Source: Balamuthia mandrillaris (lineage: Eukaryota). From it: 64,000 bases of DNA. Below are positions 11,185-21,469 of the stretch, one piece after another; within the stretch, counting starts at the first letter, position 1, and every line of letters begins with the position of its first letter. Location: NCBI GenBank assembly GCA_031835245.2, contig JAVKOQ020000003.1, positions 1-64,000 of the forward strand, read 5' to 3'. The position numbers and the translations under genes are program-made. The notes under the pieces are model-generated. The model ran no database searches. It was not told the DNA's origin and worked only from the letters and a program-made list of their open reading frames with translations.

Positions 11185-11317
11185 ATATGTTTTTTTATGA
11201 GAAATTTGAAAAAATTGTAACTTTATACCACTTTATTTAATTGACTTGCAGACTTAGAGTTTTATAGAATGGACCATGGGGAGTTGAATGCTGTAGGTTC
11301 TGAGTACCCGCCCCTAA
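11185..11317 (+). repeat. Third YR-Myb element terminus, near-identical to 9105-9237
   Basis: Shared GAAA.TTGAAAAAATTG...GACTTAGAGTTTTATAGAATGGACCAT.GGGAGTTGAATGC.GTAGGTTCTGAGTACCCGCCCCTAA; the similarity stops exactly after CCCCTAA. Confidence 0.92.
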
Positions 11318-11849
11318 CTCGAAGCCGAATACATGAGCATCACCAAAGCAACCAAGGAAGCTATCTGGTTACAAAGACTACTAGATGATATCGGAGAAAC
11401 CCAAGAGGGACCTACCATCATTTATGAGGACAACATCAGATGCATTGAACTATCCAAGAACCCAGGAAACCACTCCAGGATGAAGCACATCAAACCAAGA
11501 CGGGTACCATCAAGCTGGAATACATGGCCAGTGACAAGATGCCCGCCGACGTTCTGACCAAATCCCTACCACAAGACAAACACGTCAAGCTAATCACGGA
11601 CATCAGAATAATACAAGAGAATTGGGATCAAGTGGGAGTGTTAATTGAGTGACCCCTCATCTCATTGCCCCACATAAGGAGGGAACAAACATGAACACAA
11701 GCACAAACACGATAGTAAGAGACCACAAAGCTATCATAAGGACCACAACACCAATCCCTTTTATACTAGCCTTATCTTCATGTTTATATTTACAGTTACA
11801 GACTACAATACATATATTTTTCTCCATATACCTATTTACTCTGCTAACA
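11318..11849 (+). mobile_element. Ty1/copia remnant: RNase H C-terminus, PPT and 3' LTR (11639-11849, TGTTA...TAACA)
   Basis: EAEYMS...KEAIWL...IYEDN...R.KHI and ADVLTK motifs; AGTGGGAG precedes TG. Confidence 0.88.
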
Positions 11850-13271
11850 GAATACACCTCTTGTCTTGTCACTGACTCTTTTATGCTGAAGGTTGGATTC
11901 AACAATATAGGATTTGAACCTAGACCCAGCATCCTGAGTTATTTATTTATGCTTCCTCCTGGTGATCAATCTCGTCCATGAGGTCATTGATGTGGTTGCA
12001 GAGCTGTAGCATGGCGCCAAACACACTGGGATAGGGGTTCAAACGTGTGCGGGGGCGTGGCATCTTCTGCACAAACCACCGTGCCAGGTCAACCCACCTC
12101 TCTGAGGGTTTGTTGGGGGTGCTGTTATAGTAGTCTTGCCACACCATGGTCCTCAGATACCGATGGCATTGCACCGTGCCAGGGCAGGGCAGGGTGTTGG
12201 GGGCTTCCTCCACCATCCACCGCACAACATCTAGGTGGAGTCGGCACACAGCCTTGTCCAGTGTGGATTCAGTTAGGGGCATGTGGCATTCAATGTTGAG
12301 GTAGTGCAGTAGCTCCACGTTGCCACTCCGGACAGCCTTGTGCAGGCACTTAGGGTGATGCTGGTTCCACATCGACGGGTCGATGTGGGCCGGCTCGCCC
12401 AGCCGCACCTCCTCCCTCAGCCAGCGCACCACGTCGAGGCGGCCCAATGGAAGGATTGGGTCCAACACCAGGCTCATCCAATCAAGGTCGTCGGGCTGAT
12501 CCCGCATCCACCCGTTGTACCACTTCAGGACGGCCAGTGGGTCGCCCCCCTGGCACGCACTGTGGGTCATGCGAGCCACCATGCTCGCCATGCTCATATG
12601 CAACCCCCTGTGGTTGATCAAGAACAGCCACTCCAGGATGTGGAGGCGGCTGCTCGAGGCCGCTACGTGCACCATCTCCCAGATGCAGTCGCGGAGGTTT
12701 ATCGCCGTGATCCCACCCTCGTGCAAGCTGTCTTCCAGGAGGGCGCTCCATGTCATGCGGAGGAGGTCCAGGTCCCCCCGATCCACGGCCGCGAGGCACG
12801 CCTCGCTGACGTTCCACGGGCATGGCGGGCGCGGGGTGCAGGCGTCCTCCCCCTTCAACCAGCGGAACACCGGGAAGAAGCCCTCCCAGCCTGCCCGTTC
12901 TGCCGTGCTGCGCCGGATGACGGCGTTCACAACGTATGTGCCAAAGACATGATCATTCCCCCAGGGGTTATCGGCCTTGTCCTTCCACCCCTGGTTGCGG
13001 TAGAGGTCCCTCACAGCCTCGAGGTGCCAGTCCGCCGCGGCCACCATCCCCTCAACGGAGGGGATGAGCAGGGCGCCCACCATCATGGCGCCGTGGAGGG
13101 AGTGGTCGGAGCGGAAGGCGGGATTCTGACCAAACTTCTGGAACGTCCAGACTAGCAGCTCCTTGGAGCGGGACACGGCGAGCGCGTCGAGTCTTCTCAC
13201 GTGTGGCCGCCTGCTCTCATCAAGCAGGAGGATCTCGCGCCAGAGCCTGCAGGTGCAGGCCGCCAGCGCGG

Positions 13272-16200
13272 GCGAATCGGGTAAACGTCCCACCCCACAA
13301 CGCTAAAAGTCCCACCCCTTCGGTAAACGTCCCACCCCTCAGGTAATTTACCCACCCTAATATGTATTTATAACAACCTATTATTTTTGTGCTATTTTGC
13401 CACCAAAGCGTGCGCTGGCCATTTTTTTAGAGAGTGGAGAAAAGGGATCAGAAAAATCAAAAATTTATTTTTTAGGGGGCTTTTTTTTTTCGTTTTGTTC
13501 TTTTGGCCAGTCTTTTCTTTGTAACTGTTCCCTTTTCTTCGTTCTGTTCTTTTTTTTGAGGAGAGAGGAGCTTCACGACCTGTGTTTTCTGGTACCGTGG
13601 GTTGGGCTTCAGTTGTCGTTTTGGAGTGAGAGGCTTCCTTTTGTCCACTCGGGGATCCTGGTAGTTCACCACGGGTGCGACGCCATAGATCTCTTCCGTT
13701 TTACAGTTCTTTTGCCATTGAGAGGTACGCTTTGCTTTGCACTCTTCAAAAATGACAAAAATCAACTTCAGAAAAAGAATCTGCTTGATACAAAAAGTGA
13801 CAATCATACCACTTTGCGTTTTTGTTTTTTGATTTTGTTGTTTTTTTGGTGCAGCCGCCGCCACCGCCGCTGCCTTTTTCTTTGTTGTTTCAGGTTTTGT
13901 TAAATTTGATAGAAAGGTACGTTCGGTTTCTGGTGTTTGTGTGAGGTGTTAGCTAAAAGTAGGAAAGGAGGGAGAGATTTTGTTTAAAAAAAAGAGAAAC
14001 TAACTTAATTCAAGCAAACATTCTTCTGTGAGTCGCAGGTTGGTTGCTACTTTCGGCCTCTTTGTTGTATTGCGCGGCCTCCCAGGTGATGACTACCCTG
14101 TAGCATATGCGATTGCTTGTTCTGCTTCTTCCTTGCTAGAGTACTCGATTTTTGGCTCCACTGGATGTTGATGCTTTGTTCCTTGATTTTTGTTTGCATT
14201 CAGTTTGTCTTTCTCCTTTTCCTTCTCCTCCTCCTACTTCTCCTCCTCCTCCTCCTTTTCCTCCTCCTCCTTGTTGTGTTGTTCTCCTTCAGAAGTTTCT
14301 TCCTCGAGATCTCTGCCATCATCCTCACCAAGTTCATCCATCGATGGCTCCTCCAACAGTAGCAGGGTCGGCCTTTCCTCTTCCTGTTCATGGCCCTCCT
14401 CTCCTTCCTCATCTTCATCATCAAGGGTAACAGGCGCTACACGTTGCTCCAGCAAGTCAGCATCATCTGCTTCAACAATCTCGTCTTCAACCATTCTTGC
14501 CACTTTTGAGGTGCTGCTGTTGGTGCGTCTTGTTTGTCTTTTCAGTCCAAGCTCTAAAAGGTTCTGATCTGAAAATGTTTTCTGTAGATGAGCAGCAAGT
14601 CCAAAAACATGTTTGCACCTCCTACCATAATACCGAAAGTAAGGACAGGTGCATGAAGGCGATTCTATACTCACATCGTACTCGTTCCATTTGAAAACGC
14701 CGTCAGCAAGCTCCACAAAATGTGCGTTCAATCCTTCTCCTTCTGCCTCTTTTTCCTCTCTGTCATTGTTGTCATCATCGCTATTGCTGTCTTTCTCTGT
14801 TTCTGCTTTTTTTTTTTTTCTGTTTCTCACTCTGTTGGTGCTGTGCCAGCCGCAATCCCTCTTGATATCTCCTCCACAGCCGGCGAACACCACGGCTTGG
14901 GCGTTGCTGTTGCACGTTGATGCGGTTGAGCTCTACATTGTAGCGCCGAAACACATTGTCTGCTAACGTTAAGACCAAGTTGTGGTCCCCTTTGGTGCCC
15001 TTGCAGTGGAAATCACGGAGAACACTCCGAAAGATAGTCTCTGTTGCATTGTTGGTATTCCACAAGCCCTCTCGGTGCCCCGGACGACCAATGCTTTTCC
15101 ACGTTGATGCCCATGGAGGAGAAAGCCAGTTCTTGTCAAAGTACTTCCAGAAACGGGTAATCCTCTTTTTTTGGCAATAGTTCTGCAACACCTTGGTTGC
15201 TTCTTCCTCTGCTTCTTCTGTCATGGCGTGTTGCAGTCTTTTTAATAAACCCAACACACTTCCATCATCCTTCCCTTGTTGTTTGGTATTATTGTTAGTT
15301 TCTACTTGTATGAACAATGAGAGCAAGAGAGCAGATGCATGCATGAAAGAGAGAACAAACCATACTGTGCAACTTTTTTTCTCCACAGTTGTTGCGTATG
15401 AAAGTCGCACAACAACACCTGAAAGCCAGCGCTTGTCGCCCCGTTGCGCTCCACCTTGTCTTTGTCGATCATTACAAAGGGTTGCCACGTAGTGTTCGGG
15501 GAGTAGATCGTTGTGGTCTGTGTCTCAAAAAAGTGACGAACGGACGAAAGAAAAAAGCGCACAACTGCAGCTCGTTCCTTGCTAGCAACAGCGAAGGCAA
15601 CAGGCCAGCTCCGTCCCAAGTCATCTTGCACCACCAGTGCCCAAACAGGATGATGTGACTTGGATAGCTTGTAGATGCTGTCCAGGCCGACTACATCCTT
15701 ACCCCATCGCTGAAGCACAGTGACTGCATAAGGCGCGATCAGAAAAATCATCCATGGCCGATGGGCTGCAGTGCGATCAAGGATGTACGTTTCACGGCTC
15801 TCCAAAGGTGGAAAAAGGATAGTGGAAGCCAGCTCGGGTCGATTCAAGGCCTCTTGGAGGGCTTCTGCTCTGGTTTGGCCTTTCTTGCCGATTCGCAGTT
15901 TTTTCCTTCCGTTGTGGATTACGGTGGCAATCTCCTGCACAGTTGGTACATCACGAGCATCCTTGACCAGCTCGCAAGCGCCCCCCAGCAACAGTTGTTG
16001 CAGCTCATGCGCCGTCATTGCTCCTCCCCTCCCTTTCATCCCGTCTTCTTTTGCTCCTTGCCCATCCATCTGGCGGAGCCACTGTCGAAGCGCAGGCGTC
16101 ATAGGCATTGCAGAAGGCGCACAAAACCCAGGTCCGTGGCTTTGGGCTTCCTTCTGGATGTAGATGTAGGCAGTGTTTAGCTCGTCTCTAAACACCACCC

Positions 16201-16989
16201 AACGGCTTTGCACTCCACAGTCCTTTATTTTTTTGTTTTTCTTTCTGCTTGGAGGAGCACAGGCAAAGCCGCCAGAGCAGTGAAGATTCTCGCTGAGTGC
16301 AACCTCAAGGACTCCATTCTTCGCCTTCTTGACTGTTGGTGCCACCTACACTTTCACTCCTTCAAGGGTGGTGCGAGGATTACTAAGCACCTTCACTCCT
16401 GTTCGCTTTGTAAGCCCACGAGTTGATCTCCATTGGACTCGATAGAAGGTCGGAGCATCCTCTCCTCCATTGTACAACCTTGAAAGCTGCTGCAATGGAA
16501 CTGTTCTTTCAAAAATCCAACCGTAAATCTCTGCAAATCTTTTTTTCTTCTCTTCCATAATGAAAAAAAAAAAAGGAAAAAACAAAAACAAAAGCCAAAC
16601 AAACAAAATAGGTGTGTGATGGTCGTGTTGTGTCACTGTTTCTGGTTAAAAGAAAAAAGAAAGAGAAGACCTTGTCACACAACGCAAGAAAAAATAACGG
16701 TAACTTTAAAAAAAAAAGGCGGGAACAAAAAGAAAAGTATGTTGGGCAAGAATGGTGGGAAAAATAACGGTTATGACCAAGGATACAGCATGCCTTCAAT
16801 TCCTGACAGTTTTCTTTTACAACGGTTATTCCTCTCTGTGACAAAGAAACACAGTAGCAATGTAACGATAAGGGGATTACTCATAATTCATGTCACCCTA
16901 ATAGGTTGGGACTTTTACCTGAGGGGTGGAATTTTTATCGGTGGGGTGGGAAGTTTATGGTCGTGGGGTGGGATATCTACCATTTTTGC
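13272..16989 (-). mobile_element. Mutator-like (MULE) DNA transposon, full length, with degenerate transposase
   Basis: ~90-bp imperfect TIRs (13272-13362 and ~16899-16989); 9-bp TSD CCAGCGCGG at 13263-13271 and 16990-16998. Confidence 0.93.
14005..16558 (-). pseudogene. MULE DDE transposase with SWIM zinc finger
   Basis: GLDSIYKL, MIDKD, LLCDFH, TNNATE motifs; SWIM CTC...CKH; AT-hook-like PGRPR. In-frame stop at 16346-16348 and a frameshift in a poly-A run near 14810. Ends approximate. Confidence 0.85.
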
Positions 16990-17441
16990 CCAGCGCGGCC
17001 CACCGTTCCGACAGGGACTTGCACAGGATGTGGTACCACAGCTCGTTCGGCAGCAGCGACAACGGACACCAGGGATCTTCCATGTCTAAACCTGTAAGCC
17101 CAGGAGTAGACAAAACCCAAACACGTCTCTCTATTCTAAACCGCTGGATGTCTTTCTTTGCTTTTTTTTTTTTAATGAAAGCCAAAATAGCAAAATGTCA
17201 AGGTTTGCCCTCAGCCCGAGCCCCCTGGCAATCACCTGCTCGGAAAAGAGGCGGATCAGGGCCTCATTGACGCTCAACCGCCGCGAGCAGTTCCGGGTGC
17301 ACATGCTGCTCTCTGTGACTGTACGCCACGGTGCGACTGGCTTGTCCATCCATATGTGTTTGGTCAACAGTCCCCTCGTTTTTTGAAAAAAAAAAAAAAA
17401 CAGAGACAATCAAAACCATTTTGAGTTGTGATACAAAATGT

Positions 17442-19786
17442 TTAAAAGAGTTGACATAAAGTCAATGCAATAGAAGCATAGTGCTCTGAAGAAGGAAGAG
17501 GTTCTCCTGATGATCCATCAGCAGTATAAGTAAGAGCTCGTGATGGCTGATAAATAGGAGATTCTTCTGGCCATGATCGCCCTTGTATGGCTTTAAGAGA
17601 CGGCAAAGGAGCAGGATACCATGCTGGCGTCATGTCAAACTGCTGTAGGCCCAACTCCTCCATTAAGACTGCCATGAAAGCATCAGTCCGGGCAAAGACT
17701 CTTATGGAAGCCAATGAGTCAAAGGGAGTAGCCTGCAAGTTAACTATCATGAGCTTTCCTCCAGGATTACGCAAGCATTTGTCAGGATAGCAGGCAGAGG
17801 GCTGGACGTTCATGCTGGTACCCATCACCAGCGCCAGATCACAGGTTCTGGCGTGATAGTTGGAGAGAGGGCGAGTGGCCCTTGCTCGGAAGCTCTCGCT
17901 GAAGTGGACGATAGTGTCTTGAAGACGGCCTCCACAGAAGGAACAGAGACGACCCGTGTAGTGCTGCCTACTGTGAACAACTGTTTGCATCACATCAAAG
18001 TAGCGGTAATGCTCACGACCACAGCGCTCACAGATCTCATTGAAGGAATTGCCATGCTGCTCAACCAGAAGGTGTGGTGGCAGCCCACTGCGAAGATGAA
18101 GGCCATCCATGTTGGTGGAGATGACACACCGTACAAGGCCCCGCCGTGCCAGCTCCGTGATGGCATAGTGGGTATAAGTGGGTTGAGCTCCCTTGATGCC
18201 GTCGTCCTTCTTTGCAGCAGCGAACATAAGGCTGCTTAGCTGACCCTTGGCTTGGAGAGTCCAGACTCCTTGCGGCCCTCTAAAGTCAGGGATGTTGGCG
18301 GAGGTGCTCACCCCTGCTCCCGTGTAGATAACAACATGCTTGGCCTCTAAGATAGCTGCCGCTACCCCTCTTGCTTTTTTGCGTACGTTCTCCATTTCTT
18401 CTTCCCATTCCTGTCGTTCGTCATCATATGCTCTATCCAGTTCTTCTCTTGACAGCTTGAAAGGCGTGTCTTCCAACTCTTTTGCTGCGGCCAATACTTG
18501 CTCCGCTGTTGGTACGTGCTGGAGAGAGTTGAAGACGTCATCTCCAGGAAGCACTGCAGAGATGAAGCCCGAAAGATACTCGAGGTGCTGCCTTGCTTCT
18601 TCTGCGTACAGTTGTTGCTTCCTTTCCTTTCCTTCCTCCTCGTCGTCTTCTTCTTCCTCCTGTAACAATGGAACATGGTGCAGGTGACATGATTCATCAA
18701 AGAACGATAGCATATGACCGTTCAAATGTACTTCCTCTTCCTTGTCTTTCTCTTTGTCTTTTTCGTTGCTTCGTGGCAACTGTCCTTGTGATCTCTTGCC
18801 AGGAGCACGAGGTACTGGCGATGAACGAAGGCTAGAGTAATGGATCGTCCACGAGTCATCACTATGTTCCAAGTCAGCCAGCCGTACTTCGTTATCATAA
18901 CAACCTTCCCTCCATATCACACGGGCGTTATCCACCAATGGAGCCTCGCCAATGTACGTCATATTGCTCTTTGTAGTTCTTTAGAAAAGTTCCAGTTGTA
19001 AGTTATAAGTTGGAGAGGAGAGGAGAACAAAGGAGAGCAAAGGAGAGGAGAGGAGAGGAGGAGAGGAGAGGGAGAGGAGAGGAGAGGAGAGGAGAGGAGA
19101 GGGAGAGGAGAGGGAGAGAGGGAGAGGGAGAGGGAGAGAGGAGAGAGGAGAGGAGGAGGAGGAGAGGAGGGGAGAGAGAGGAAGAGGAGGGGGAGAAGAG
19201 GAGAGAAAGGAGAGGAGAGAGGAGAGGAGGAGAGAGGGAGAGGAGAGGAGAGGAGAGGAGAGGAGAGGGAGGAGAGGAGAGGAGGGAGAGGAGAGGAGAG
19301 GAGAGGAGAGGAGAGGAGAGGAGAGGAACGTACCGCCAACATTCAACTTTGCGACAGTCCATGTCTTCAAAAACAAACTCGCAATTGTGGCAATCGAGCA
19401 CTCGGCAAGTGCGGGAGGTGACCACTACTGAGTCCATCAGTATAAAACGGCACGAAGTGCAATTGACGGCCATGACCATGCTCAGTCTTTGATTTTGTTG
19501 GAAGGTAAAAGTACTTTTGTGGCAGTTACGGAACATCAACACGTGGTTGGACTGCGTCCGCCCGATCTTTTTGTCCTGCTCCTCCACATCTTCCTGTATG
19601 ATTTTGATTCATCACCAGAAAGGGGCGCGGAAGAGAGTTGCACGAAAAAAAAAAATTAAAAAAAGCTTACAAGGACGACGAACAACAGAGGAAGAGAAAA
19701 CGTACCACCACAATAAGTCTTTTTGGAATGGTTGTAAACGCACTTCTTTCCTGTTTGGAAGCAACAGTGGACGCGGCGTCCTCCAT
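17442..19786 (-). CDS. Class IV (SIRT6/7-like) NAD-dependent deacylase with an N-terminal CAP/cofactor-C-like beta-helix region; 3 exons
   Basis: GAGVSTSANIPDFRGPQGVWT, STNMDGLH, EQHGN, two CxxC pairs, GTS, VNLQ motifs. Confidence 0.88.
19015..19326. repeat. (GGAGA)n-like microsatellite in a sirtuin intron
   Basis: Direct reading. Confidence 0.9.
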
Positions 19787-19903
19787 GCTTGTCTCCTTCT
19801 CTCTCTCACCTGCAAAGTCTTAGGTAGTCTTTAATAAACAGCATTACTCCTTTCACAGAAAAGAAGAAATTGTTTGGTCGCGAAGGACTGTTTATCTGCC
19901 TTT

Positions 19904-21136
19904 TTATTCCGTGGATGTCTTTGGTGCCGTTGCTCGCCCAGAAGGGCACCAGCAGTACCGCCAGCTGCGGTACCTTCGTCGGTGTTGCTGCCCCCTGCGG
20001 GCGGGCATGCAACAGCTGCATAACCTCAGAAGCATAAACAAGAACGCCAGCAAGCCCGCAAAACCCATCGCGAAGAAAGCGAACCAGTACAGGAGAGCCA
20101 AGCGGGCAGCCCTCGCCACCACTACGGCCACCGCTGCATCGTCATAGCAAGGGTGACGAGGATCATCAAAGGCATCACCGAGGTCGCGGTTGGCAGCTCC
20201 TATGAGGCTACGGTCATGAAGGGCATCAAGCGCGTCAGCATAGGACTGGAAGGCTCGTAGAACACCCTGTCGGATGAGGTGCTCCAAAAAGAGATCGAAG
20301 GCGGTGTCCACGGGAAGGTTAGCGAGGATGGTCTTTGCTCCCTCGTAGGAGTACACGTTGGCGGTGTTTCTGGCCCAGTAGTAGGAAAGCTCGGCTAAAT
20401 CTTTATGTTGGACCCCATCACTGCCACTGATAGTGGCCAGGGAGGGCTCTGGAAGCAGCCACGGGGAAACGCGGCTTCTGCCATCGGTGTACATGTTGAG
20501 CACACCCCAGCCGTTGGGCAGTTGGTGGAGGTGTCGAAGCAGCGCCTCCTCAAAGTGAGGTAGAGGGACTGCATCGTCCTCAAACACCAGAAGCACCCTT
20601 CTGCTTGGTAGTGGACTAGTAGGGCTGTTGTTTATGTCATGTTCCACCGTGTCCACCCATTGCTGCAACGCATTTATCAGTGCGAGGGCTGCTCCTATCT
20701 TTCCTGGTTGGGAGAGAAACGCTTGGCGTGGGCCTTGGCCACCCGTTACCAGCTCTTCGATGAAGTACTGCAACGGAGTAAGAGTGTGATATCTTACGCA
20801 TGATATCAGACCTCCTCGTATGGATTCGTGAACTGTGGTCGCATTCAGTGAAGCGCTGTTGATAGCTGGAATGACCTTACATTTTGAACCAAACCTGTTA
20901 CATAGGGACTGTGCATTTCGCCACCGACGGTCCCTCCATTTCGCACCAACGACGTAGACTGCATCCAACTCCCCTTGGAGAAGTGATGTGCTGTTAAAAG
21001 GGTTGCTCTTCAGAGGGTTTTGTAAAAGCGGCTGAGTGCGAGAGTATGTTACACAAAGAATGACAACGACCATAGTCAATACAGCTAAGGTCATCATCAG
21101 CGTCAAGTTTTTTTTTCTGTTTTCACTCTTCTTCAT
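19904..21136 (-). CDS. Glycosyltransferase family 25-like membrane protein, intronless
   Basis: N-terminal TM anchor, DRRW, PGKIG, LVFEDDA motif, C-terminal TM segment. Confidence 0.7.
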   Translation of the reverse strand: MKKSENRKKNLTLMMTLAVLTMVVVILCVTYSRTQPLLQNPLKSNPFNSTSLLQGELDAVYVVGAKWRDRRWRNAQSLCNRFGSKCKVIPAINSASLNATTVHESIRGGLISCVRYHTLTPLQYFIEELVTGGQGPRQAFLSQPGKIGAALALINALQQWVDTVEHDINNSPTSPLPSRRVLLVFEDDAVPLPHFEEALLRHLHQLPNGWGVLNMYTDGRSRVSPWLLPEPSLATISGSDGVQHKDLAELSYYWARNTANVYSYEGAKTILANLPVDTAFDLFLEHLIRQGVLRAFQSYADALDALHDRSLIGAANRDLGDAFDDPRHPCYDDAAVAVVVARAARLALLYWFAFFAMGFAGLLAFLFMLLRLCSCCMPARRGQQHRRRYRSWRYCWCPSGRATAPKTSTE

Positions 21137-21469
21137 GTCGCTCTTCTTTCTTGAAGAGACACCAAGTCTATTGCTTTTATTGGTGGTTTGAATTCTTGAG
21201 GTTTCGTAATTTCTTGAGGAGCAAACACGGTCCCGCTAGCAGGACAGCCAGCACCTGCCATGGCATTTGGCAGAGCACTGCAATGGGCCAGAGGGAACAG
21301 GTGGTTGGTCATTTGGGCATGCACTGCTATAGCAAGTAAAGGAAGTGCTGAAATGGGCTTGGAGATGTGGTGTATTTGCTTCGTTTGGTTTTGTAAGGAT
21401 TGACTTTCTTATTTAATGGTTGGGACGATATTATATATTATAATAGGTGGGCACGAGATAGGGAGAGTT

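Larger units (their letters stand above)
11947..17083 (-). pseudogene. F-box plus ankyrin-like repeat gene interrupted by a MULE (pieces 17083-16990 and 13271-11947)
   Basis: Removing the MULE and one TSD restores MEDPWCPLSLLPNELWYHILCKSLSERWAALAACTCRLWREILL in frame. Downstream are degenerate ankyrin-like helices (GDLDLL, LHILEWL, GNVELLHYL). Confidence 0.85.

Noticed and set aside
11905..11940. tRNA gene next to the LTR fragment (GGTTCAAATCC on the minus strand)
   Set aside because: Only a B-box-like motif; no cloverleaf or A-box could be built.
13351..16902. Single CCCTAA hexamers at the inner edges of the MULE TIRs as telomeric signals
   Set aside because: Isolated hexamers, one derived from the CCCACCC subrepeat; expected by chance.
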